From positions 1-42,517 of the forward strand of contig JASMER010000001.1 in NCBI GenBank assembly GCA_030752195.1: 42,517 nucleotides of DNA. Reading direction: 5' to 3'. Position numbers and translations under genes: made by a program. Under the pieces are notes generated by a model. The model had not been told where the DNA came from. It worked only from the letters and a program-made list of their open reading frames with translations, and made no database searches. The stretch's first letter is position 1. The number at the start of each line of letters is the position of its first letter. This document shows, piece by piece, positions 8,269 to 15,563 of this stretch. The DNA comes from Gammaproteobacteria bacterium. Its GTDB lineage: Bacteria > Pseudomonadota > Gammaproteobacteria > Pseudomonadales > Pseudohongiellaceae.

Positions 8269-9945
8269 ATGAAAACTTCCCTGAGCTGCCTGATACTCGC
8301 GACGATACCGATTTTCACTGCATCTGCGGTCCACGGCGCTGAACACGTAGGCGACTTTGCGCTGCTAGATCAGCTTGGAGAACACCACTCCATGCGCTGG
8401 TACAACGACAAAAAGTCAGTTGCCCTGCTAGTTCACGGACTCAATAGTGAGGCAACCCTTTCCGCACTGCCCGCCTATATCAAACTCAAGCGGCAGTTCA
8501 CGGAACAGGGTGTTCAGTTCTTTCTAATCAATCCGATGGGTCGGTTGAACCGCGACGCGGTACAGCAGGAAATTGCCACCTACACCAATGACATTCCAGT
8601 GCTCATGGATGATTCCCAGAAAATCTCTGAAGCGCTGGGGATTACCCATACCGGCGAAGTTCTGCTGTTTGACCCGATGGATTTCACTGTGAATTATCGC
8701 GGCTCCGTCGGTCCGGAACTGGAAGCAGCGCTTCAGGCGGTAATATCGGACGAGAAAATTGATGCTGCCGAGGTCGCGATCAGTGGAGATTCCGTAGAGT
8801 ATCCGGCTAAGCACTCTGTTTCTTACGAGCAAGATATTGCGCCCATCCTCGCCGCCAACTGTGCTCAGTGTCATCGGGCAGGCGGCATTGGCCCTTTCGC
8901 TCTAGACAGTTATACGATGGCACAGGGCTGGTCGCCCATGATTCGGGAAGTTCTGATGACCAGACGCATGCCTCCCGGCCAAATTGACCCGCACGTACAT
9001 GAGTTTTCGAACGATCGTAATCTGGCAATCGAAGACCTGCAGAAGCTCCTCAGCTGGATTGAATCAGGCTCTCCTCGGGACGGCGCAACTGATCCGCTTG
9101 CCGAACTGGACTGGCCGGAGACAGAGTGGACCGTCCCGCTGGGAGCACCGGATCTCATTGTTGAAGTACCACCGCAAACCGTTCCGGCAACTGGAGTACT
9201 CGACTGGCTGGACATCTCGGTACCGGTCGTGGGTATGGAAAAAGATCGCTGGGTTAAGGCCAGTGAATTTATTCCCGGCGATACCACAGTCGTCCACCAT
9301 TCTACGGTCAGTCTAACGCCGGAAGGCGTTCGTGATCCCGATGTCGCTGTGCTTACGCGCTATGTGCCGGGCCAGGACCCCAGAGTCGAATTGCCCAACA
9401 CAGGAGGTTTGATGCGTAAGGACAGTACTCTGTACGTCACGATGCACTACACCACCAGCGGCAAAGAAACCGTCGACCGCAGCAAGTACGGAATCTGGTT
9501 CTATCCGGAAGACTCAGTGCCAGAAGAACGGATGCAATCGCGCATGGTCGGACTGTTTGGCAACGCGCTGCCGAACATCCCCCCCCACGAAAAGAACTTT
9601 GAAGTCTCTTCTTCTTTCACGCTTCGAGAAGATGTCAATGCTCTCGCCTATCATCCGCACATGCACTTTCGCGGCGTCGATCTGCGTATGTTCGCCGATT
9701 ACCCTGACGGCAGCCGTGAAGAGTTAATCAACATTCCCTACTACTCTTATCTCTGGCAGCTGACCTACAACTTGGCTGAACCAAAACTGCTGCCTGCAGG
9801 CACCAAGGTCACCGCAGTCGGCCATTTCGATAATTCAAGCCAGAACCCCTTCAATCCGGACCCGTCCGCTACCGTGGTGTATGGCGAGCAAAGCTGGGAC
9901 GAAATGTTCTTCGGTGAAATTGTGTACAAGATTGCAAATCCGTGA
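8269..9945 (+). CDS. Secreted three-domain protein: Cys-less thioredoxin/redoxin-like domain + heme-c-type (CAQCH) domain + PHM/DBH-like copper monooxygenase domain
   Basis: I trimmed ORF 8032-9945 to ATG 8269, which has an AGG-rich ribosome-binding site and the signal MKTSLSCLILATIPIFTASAVHGA. The redoxin-like segment (FALLDQ...VALLVHGLNSEAT...PVLMDD...GEVLLFD) lacks CxxC. IAPILAANCAQCHRAGGIGPF (CAQCH at nt 8860-8874) resembles the planctomycete-type cytochrome motif. Candidate copper ligands are HH (9295-9300), H in TMHYT (9445-9447), HPHMH (9652-9666) and M in WDEM (9904-9906). Confidence 0.7.
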   Translation: MKTSLSCLILATIPIFTASAVHGAEHVGDFALLDQLGEHHSMRWYNDKKSVALLVHGLNSEATLSALPAYIKLKRQFTEQGVQFFLINPMGRLNRDAVQQEIATYTNDIPVLMDDSQKISEALGITHTGEVLLFDPMDFTVNYRGSVGPELEAALQAVISDEKIDAAEVAISGDSVEYPAKHSVSYEQDIAPILAANCAQCHRAGGIGPFALDSYTMAQGWSPMIREVLMTRRMPPGQIDPHVHEFSNDRNLAIEDLQKLLSWIESGSPRDGATDPLAELDWPETEWTVPLGAPDLIVEVPPQTVPATGVLDWLDISVPVVGMEKDRWVKASEFIPGDTTVVHHSTVSLTPEGVRDPDVAVLTRYVPGQDPRVELPNTGGLMRKDSTLYVTMHYTTSGKETVDRSKYGIWFYPEDSVPEERMQSRMVGLFGNALPNIPPHEKNFEVSSSFTLREDVNALAYHPHMHFRGVDLRMFADYPDGSREELINIPYYSYLWQLTYNLAEPKLLPAGTKVTAVGHFDNSSQNPFNPDPSATVVYGEQSWDEMFFGEIVYKIANP

Positions 9946-9967
9946 GCTCGGCATCCGGCCGCTCCAT

Positions 9968-9999
9968 AAAAAAAGGCAGCCCAATGAGCTGCCTTTTTT
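9968..9999. terminator. Bidirectional rho-independent terminator between convergent genes
   Basis: aaaaaaa-GGCAGC-ccaatga-GCTGCC-tttttt. A perfect 6-bp GC-rich stem (extendable through A/T pairs) is flanked by an A-tract and a T-tract. It lies between the stops at 9945 (+) and 10018 (-). Confidence 0.7.
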
Positions 10000-10017
10000 G
10001 CCAGAGCAAGAGCCTGT

Positions 10018-10521
10018 CTACTGTTCGGGAGTCCAAAAAAAGACTTCCCACTCGCGCAAAGGTTCTGACCCTTCGTAGACAGCTTCATCAAGGGTCCTAC
10101 CAGACTTGGCAGCCCATTGCCCCATCATCTCCAGATGCTGTGCGCCGGTGATCTGCACAGCCTGCATTTTGTAAGTGTTATCTCCCAGTCGGAGCCAGGC
10201 CTTATTGCTACCAGCTTTGACCCTCTCGCCCCAGTACCCTCCGTCAGGCCGGGTCGCTGTGACAATACCGTCTTCCAGGGCAACCCAGGACAGATAGTTG
10301 ACCATTGAAGGGAAACCCTCAAGTTTGAATTTCAGTGGCCCCCGAAGATCGTTATGGATGGTGAAATCGGCAGGAGCGTCAGTCAGCGTTCCTCCAATGA
10401 TCAGGCCCGGAGTCCGGCCTAACCCCTGATTACTTAAGTACGGCGCGGTGAAAATCCAGCCGAACAGAATCAGGATAATTAAGATACCGGCAGCAACACT
10501 GATGTTTCTTACACTAGCCAT
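10018..10521 (-). CDS. Membrane-anchored hypothetical protein (paralogue of 12562-13101; possibly split-barrel/DUF385-like fold)
   Basis: 167 aa with an N-terminal TM helix VAAGILIILILFGWIF. The soluble domain has the pattern GG.L ... DG ... W ... RLGDNTYKMQAVQITG ... shared with the 179-aa protein at 12562. The fold suggestion comes from pattern similarity only. Confidence 0.55.
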   Translation of the reverse strand: MASVRNISVAAGILIILILFGWIFTAPYLSNQGLGRTPGLIIGGTLTDAPADFTIHNDLRGPLKFKLEGFPSMVNYLSWVALEDGIVTATRPDGGYWGERVKAGSNKAWLRLGDNTYKMQAVQITGAQHLEMMGQWAAKSGRTLDEAVYEGSEPLREWEVFFWTPEQ

Positions 10522-10762
10522 TCAAGTCTCCAATTTGTAATTGATTTTATCCGAGATGCTAGGCGAAGCAGACACCGCAGTGTAAGGAATTGTGGCATGA
10601 ATGACCATAACATTACTGAAATTAACGCCCCGAAGCGGCTGACGCGATAGGCTTCACTAGCCGTCTGGCACCTTTTCGTCCTCTACGAGGCTGATCTGTA
10701 GTACGCTTGTGAAGTTATCACACCCATCATCCAGTTAATTTTATCCAAAGCGCTAATCTGCT

Positions 10763-11764
10763 GTGACCAAGACTTTACCTCAACTCTCCATGCTATCCGG
10801 AATACTCTGTAGCCTCTTTTTGTCAGCCTCGCACCCTGTCAGTTACGCTGACCCGGTGGGACGACTGCCGACCTCCGTCCTCGATGTTCACGCACCATCC
10901 GCGAGAGTGACCGGGGAGCCCGGCAATGTGATCTACACGTATCGAGCGTGCAGTCCACACGACACCTCCGATTTGCGTGCCAGGATCGTCAATGTCGCAG
11001 CACAAGAATGGGGCTTCTTTGGCATGAGCGTTCTGGACCTGACCCATACCCGGGCCTCCAATCCGGATTTCAGGGCAGCGCCCTGGCGCCGGACCCTGAT
11101 CGCCCCCGATGAGGCTCAACGGGTAGCAACAACCATTGCCGGCTACTGGTCATCGACTCCTGACAGTGCTTGGATATTGGAAACACAGAACCAATCGTGG
11201 CAATCGAACGGCCCCGGTAGCCGCTGGCGCAGCCCATGGTCCGCGGCGTTCATTTCCTGGGTGATGTGTGAAAGCGGATTAGGCGACAAAGAGCGCTTTC
11301 AGCGGGCGATTGCACACCACAGCTACATCGATCAGGCTATTCTGGCCAGCACGCAAGCTGAGTCTGAGTCCGCATACCGTGCCTTCAATCCCGGCGAGCA
11401 GACTATCTTACCCGGCGATCTGCTCTGCCGGGGCAGTCGCCCGTCCTATCGGAGTATCGCTGAGCGCAAAGAACAGCTGGGCATGGGCGCACGCAGTCAC
11501 TGTGACATCGTTGTTGCGATTGAAGAGCAGAAACAGCGAATCTTGCTAATTGGCGGCAACGTGCGAAGCTGGGTAAGATTGAAGATACTGCCGGGCAAGT
11601 TCAATGGGAGCGGACTGTTTGAACCGGAGCCGTACAACAATCGCCAGATTTTTGCCCACTTGCAGCTGCAGGCGCGCCCGATAAACAAAGAGGCTCTTTT
11701 TGATTCACCGACCCTGCGACAGTTCGACTGCTCCGGCTCCGAGTTGCCGTCAATCCTGTGCTGA
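10763..11764 (+). CDS. DUF2272 domain-containing secreted protein
   Basis: 333-aa ORF with a GTG start. ATG at 10790, giving the signal MLSGILCSLFLSASHPVSYA, is an alternative start. It contains PWSAAFISWVM, HCDIVVAI and LLIGGNVRSWV, motifs I recognise from DUF2272 proteins. Confidence 0.65.
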   Translation: MTKTLPQLSMLSGILCSLFLSASHPVSYADPVGRLPTSVLDVHAPSARVTGEPGNVIYTYRACSPHDTSDLRARIVNVAAQEWGFFGMSVLDLTHTRASNPDFRAAPWRRTLIAPDEAQRVATTIAGYWSSTPDSAWILETQNQSWQSNGPGSRWRSPWSAAFISWVMCESGLGDKERFQRAIAHHSYIDQAILASTQAESESAYRAFNPGEQTILPGDLLCRGSRPSYRSIAERKEQLGMGARSHCDIVVAIEEQKQRILLIGGNVRSWVRLKILPGKFNGSGLFEPEPYNNRQIFAHLQLQARPINKEALFDSPTLRQFDCSGSELPSILC

Positions 11765-11767
11765 ACT

Positions 11768-12343
11768 GTGGCAAAGCTCTACTTTTATTATTCATCGATG
11801 AATGCGGGCAAATCAACCTCCCTGCTGCAGTCCAGCTACAACTACCGGGAACGAGGTATGAACACCCTAGTTCTGACACCCGCGCTGGACAATCGTCATG
11901 GAGTTGGCAAGGTCACTTCCCGCATCGGACTGGAGACCGACGCCAAAGCATTCACTCCTGAGCATGATCTACTTAACCTGGTCTCCACAGCGCACGCCAA
12001 CAATGCGCTGCATTGCGTGCTGGTCGATGAGGCGCAGTTTCTGACTCGCGAACAGGTATACCAGCTTGGTGAGGTGACTGACAGTCTAGACATCCCGGTG
12101 CTGACATATGGGCTGCGCACCGACTTCAGGGGCGAACCTTTTGAGGGCAGCAAATATCTTCTGGCCTGGTCAGACAATCTCAGAGAGCTGAAGGCGATTT
12201 GCCATTGTGGTGCCAAAGCAACAATGGTGATTCGCCTGGATGAGTCGGGCAATCCGGTCAAAGAAGGCTCTCAGGTAGAAATCGGCGGGAATGATCGCTA
12301 CGTTTCACTGTGCCGTCGACACTTTAAGGCACTGCTGACCTAA
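11768..12343 (+). CDS. tdk: Thymidine kinase
   Basis: GTG start 3 nt after the previous stop. The product [31 protein letters not shown]...VLVDEAQFL...ICHCGAKAT...YVSLCRRHF has the P-loop and the Cys-rich zinc/lasso region of type II Tdk. Confidence 0.92.
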   Translation: MAKLYFYYSSMNAGKSTSLLQSSYNYRERGMNTLVLTPALDNRHGVGKVTSRIGLETDAKAFTPEHDLLNLVSTAHANNALHCVLVDEAQFLTREQVYQLGEVTDSLDIPVLTYGLRTDFRGEPFEGSKYLLAWSDNLRELKAICHCGAKATMVIRLDESGNPVKEGSQVEIGGNDRYVSLCRRHFKALLT

Positions 12344-12561
12344 CCGAACTGAAAGAAACGACAGCCGCTTTCTTCTTCAGCGGCCGCCGGGCTGCTCGCT
12401 TTCGTTTCCCGAACCCTGTCGTCCACCCCATTGCAAGCACCATGCATAATCGACGAATAAACTCAGCCGAATGCCGAGTTTATCTACCTGCAGCATTGGT
12501 AGCGTGTTAGGCTGCTGGTCAGAAAGTCTGCCTATCGGAAACAAACGCTGACTGCTAACCG

Positions 12562-13101
12562 ATGAAAACTCTCTTTCGTGCGATAACGATACTCCTCTGC
12601 TTGGCCGTGATCCCGCTGAGCGCGATTACGACTGCCGCAATAAAGCAGCGGTTCGCAGATGGCCCCAACCGCGTGTTTTCCGGCGGCCCTCTGGTCAGCG
12701 GCGAGCTGCACCGTGGTGCCGAACCAGACTGGCAGTTCGTAAATACCATTCCAACCATCGAAATGCAGCTTGAAGAACCCCCCAACTCCCGCCGCATATG
12801 GACGGTGGAGCATGATGGAAAGCTGTATGTCTGGTCTGGCTACATGAGTTCAACTGTCGGCAGACTCTGGAAGCGGTGGCCGGTTCAGGCGGAGCGAAAC
12901 GGCAACGCGATCTTTCGCATCGAAGGCACTCGCTATCTGCGGACCCTTGAGCGGATTCAGACCGGAGAGGAGCTTGATGGTATTGCAGCCGCAATCTCTG
13001 CGAAGTATCCCTCTCGCACGACCCCTCTGACGCGCGCGGTTATCGAGCGCGGTGACGTGTGGGTATTTGAAGCCAAAGTCCGTCAGCCATTGTCTGACTA
13101 G
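12562..13101 (+). CDS. Membrane-anchored/secreted hypothetical protein (paralogue of 10018-10521)
   Basis: 179 aa with the N-terminal hydrophobic segment AITILLCLAVIPLSAITTA. The domain pattern ...RRIWTVEHDGKLYVWSGY...WKRWPVQAERNGNAIFRIEGTRYLRTLERIQTGEELDGIAAAISAKYP resembles DUF385/PNPOx-like split barrels and the 10018 protein. Confidence 0.55.
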   Translation: MKTLFRAITILLCLAVIPLSAITTAAIKQRFADGPNRVFSGGPLVSGELHRGAEPDWQFVNTIPTIEMQLEEPPNSRRIWTVEHDGKLYVWSGYMSSTVGRLWKRWPVQAERNGNAIFRIEGTRYLRTLERIQTGEELDGIAAAISAKYPSRTTPLTRAVIERGDVWVFEAKVRQPLSD

Positions 13102-13119
13102 CCAGCAAGGTAAGAAGTC

Positions 13120-13248
13120 ATGAAGCTATTCTACAAAACTTGCGCTGCCGCCGTATTGCTGACGGTTCTTGCCGTGATGTTCGCTCCCGGAGTGGATGAT
13201 TTCGTTGAGCAGACCTTTCAGCGCTATCTCGGAAGGGCAGCGAGCTAG
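13120..13248 (+). CDS. Possible 42-aa small membrane protein (below the ORF-track cutoff)
   Basis: ATG at 13120 is preceded by aaggtaagaagtc, 18 nt after the stop of 12562-13101. Translation is MKLFYKTCAAAVLLTVLAVMFAPGVDDFVEQTFQRYLGRAAS*, one hydrophobic helix plus a short polar tail. There is no homology evidence. Confidence 0.25.
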   Translation: MKLFYKTCAAAVLLTVLAVMFAPGVDDFVEQTFQRYLGRAAS

Positions 13249-13260
13249 TCTGGTAACGGA

Positions 13261-14040
13261 CTAATCGACCCGATATCCTGACGCTGATATCAAAGAGCGC
13301 TGCGCGTCTTCCCGTAAAAAGCTCATAAACTCGGAACAGACCTGACACCCTATCGCCCGATTCAGCAGCACTGCGTCCTGCCTGATCGGCCGGTAAAGGT
13401 GATCGGGAACCACCCAGTTTGCGCCAGCAGGGGTTTCAGGAAGGTTCAACACTTGAGATCTGGCCACAAATCCCAGCTGGGCATTCCCTGACTCCACGAA
13501 CTGAAAGGTCTGAGCGATATTCTCACCCTGCACGATTTTTCCGGACAGGTGGGCCGACAAATTCAGTTCATCAAGAACTTCAGCGGCCGCAGTTCCGTAC
13601 GGCGCGAGTCGGGGGTTGGCCAGCGCTATCCATTGCACGTCCGGGGACAGAAGTGCATTCGAATCAACCACCTCGCGGCTGCTGTCAGCACTCCAAAGCA
13701 CCAGTTCACCGCTTGCGTAGGTGAATCGTGAGGCGGGGTCTGCCAGGCCCAGATCAACCAGTCGTGCCGGTTTATCCTGATCGGCCGAAAGGAAAATCTG
13801 GAAAGGTGCACCGCTGCGAATCTGGGCAAACAATCTGCCCGAAGAACCGTAAGCAACCTGAATGTCATGCCCGGTTTGCGCTTCAAATCGCTTTACCAGT
13901 TCCGCCATCGGCCCGGAAAAATTGGACGCGACGGCAATAAGCAACTCCTCAGAGATCGCAGCACCGCAGAGCAGATATGCGGACATGATCAGACCTATGT
14001 GACTGCCACAAAGCCCGAGACCCGAGATTCTTTGCTTCAT
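13261..14040 (-). CDS. modA: Molybdate(/tungstate)-type ABC transporter periplasmic substrate-binding protein ModA-like, without adjacent modBC
   Basis: I trimmed ORF 13261-14076 to ATG 14040 (MKQRISGL... signal). IAVASNFSGPMAELVKRFEAQTGHDIQVAYGSSGRLFAQIRSGAPFQIFLSADQDKP aligns by eye with E. coli ModA (FAAASL...SFASSGTLARQIEAGAPADLFISADQ). Confidence 0.8.
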   Translation of the reverse strand: MKQRISGLGLCGSHIGLIMSAYLLCGAAISEELLIAVASNFSGPMAELVKRFEAQTGHDIQVAYGSSGRLFAQIRSGAPFQIFLSADQDKPARLVDLGLADPASRFTYASGELVLWSADSSREVVDSNALLSPDVQWIALANPRLAPYGTAAAEVLDELNLSAHLSGKIVQGENIAQTFQFVESGNAQLGFVARSQVLNLPETPAGANWVVPDHLYRPIRQDAVLLNRAIGCQVCSEFMSFLREDAQRSLISASGYRVD

Positions 14041-14210
14041 GCCATGTATAGTGAGATACCAGGCGTTGCTTAGCAAGGTCTTGCTGTCGCAACAGATGAT
14101 TTTGATAGTATCAGCCGTTCCCTGCTTGATAGTAATAAACCTGCGAGCCCAGCAGGGCCGGCATGTGAATTAGCGTTCCGCTTTAACAGGCACAAGCACT
14201 GGAAAATCTT

Positions 14211-15527
14211 ATGACATTGTACCGACTTTTTTTCGCTCTTTGCCTGAGTATTCCTGCTTATCTGGCTTCGGCCCAGGAGACTCCGCCAAATTTTGTCGTC
14301 ATCATGGCGGATGACCTCGGCTACGGTGACCTGGGCGTATATGGCTCCACCATGATCAAGACTCCGAACCTTGATCGCCTGGCACTGAATGGCGCGCGAC
14401 TGGACAGTTTCTATTCCAGTGCCAATGTCTGTACCGCTGCCCGCGGTGGCCTGCTCACCGGACGCTACCCGATCAGACTGGATCTGGTGGCAGATGTGGC
14501 AAGACCCACCAACGACATTCATCTGGCATTCGAAGAAATCACAATCGCTGAAGCCTTGAAACCTCTGGGCTATCGCAGTGCACTGTACGGCAAATGGCAT
14601 CTGGGCAGCCGCTTGGAGTGGTCGCCGTTGAACCAGGGATTTGATGAATTTTTTGGCGTTCTGCACAGCAATGACATGACACCTCTGGAACTCTTCCGGG
14701 GCGAACAAATGATTGAAAACCCGGTTGATCAGACGACTCTGACCGAACGTTACACCCGGGAGGCCGTTCGATTCATAGCAGAAAATAGGGACAATCCGTT
14801 CTTCCTCTACATTCCCCATTCCTTCCCGCATGTTCCCCTGTTCGTCTCTCCCCGCTTCGATGGCCGCTCAGACGCAGGCCTCTATGGAGATGTTGTGGAA
14901 ACTATCGACTGGAGCACAGGTGAAATACTCGCCGCTCTCGAAGAATACGGTCTGAGCGACAATACGCTGGTTGTTTTTACCTCGGACAATGGACCCTGGT
15001 TTGAGGGCAGCTCAGGCATTTATCGGGACCGCAAAGGCTCTTCCTGGGAGGGCGGACAGCGCGTCCCGTTCCTTGCGCATTGGCCGGGCAAAATTCCAGC
15101 AGGCACAGTCAGCAGCGAACCTGCCATGAATATCGACCTCTATCCAACGCTGATTTCACTGGCGGGCGGTCGACTTCCGGACGATCGACCGATTGATGGT
15201 AAGGACATGCTCCCGTTATTAAGCGGAAGCAACACATCCCCCCATGAGGTGCTGTTCCTTTTTAATCGTGACAGGATCGTCGGCGTGCGAAGCGGGCAAT
15301 GGAAGCTGGTGGTTGAAACCCGCTACCGCGCAACGCTGAACAGTTTCGAACATTCTACCTATTACGGGCCCGATGGCTTGCTGTTTGACCTGAAAAATGA
15401 TCCCGGTGAAACCTACAGCTTTACGCGCGAATATCCTGAGGTTGTGCAACAATTGAGAAATCACCTGCGGAAGGCCCGAGAGGAACTGCTGCCTGCGGTC
15501 CTGCCCCAGATGTGGAACCGCCAGTAG
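14211..15527 (+). CDS. Arylsulfatase-family sulfatase (secreted), formylglycine motif variant C-T-A-A-R
   Basis: 438 aa with a signal peptide ...IPAYLASAQE. It has PNFVVIMADDLGYGDLG, the FGly motif NVCTAARGGLLTGRYP (nt 14430-14444), GKWHLG, and FTSDNGP downstream. Confidence 0.9.
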   Translation: MTLYRLFFALCLSIPAYLASAQETPPNFVVIMADDLGYGDLGVYGSTMIKTPNLDRLALNGARLDSFYSSANVCTAARGGLLTGRYPIRLDLVADVARPTNDIHLAFEEITIAEALKPLGYRSALYGKWHLGSRLEWSPLNQGFDEFFGVLHSNDMTPLELFRGEQMIENPVDQTTLTERYTREAVRFIAENRDNPFFLYIPHSFPHVPLFVSPRFDGRSDAGLYGDVVETIDWSTGEILAALEEYGLSDNTLVVFTSDNGPWFEGSSGIYRDRKGSSWEGGQRVPFLAHWPGKIPAGTVSSEPAMNIDLYPTLISLAGGRLPDDRPIDGKDMLPLLSGSNTSPHEVLFLFNRDRIVGVRSGQWKLVVETRYRATLNSFEHSTYYGPDGLLFDLKNDPGETYSFTREYPEVVQQLRNHLRKAREELLPAVLPQMWNRQ

Positions 15528-15563
15528 CAATGGCGCCCAGTGCTGAGCGCTGTCCGAAAGCAG

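Noticed and set aside
12344-12561. Hairpins downstream of tdk: ctgaaagaaa...tttcttcttcag at 12348-12379, gccgc-n11-gcggc at 12366-12386, and ATAAACTC-n11-GAGTTTAT at 12457-12483.
   Set aside because: The stems are short or bulged and none is followed by a T-tract. That is not convincing enough to call a terminator or an operator.
14041-14210. Possible Moco riboswitch or ModE operator upstream of the modA-like gene.
   Set aside because: I could not recognise the conserved Moco-motif helices or loops, or a ModE-type palindrome, by eye. An Infernal/Rfam scan would be needed, so I make no claim.
14070-14831. 253-aa ORF on the minus strand.
   Set aside because: It lies entirely antisense to the sulfatase gene, whose product has unmistakable family motifs. 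The minus-strand translation has no recognisable motif or signal. I treat it as a shadow ORF typical of GC-rich coding DNA.
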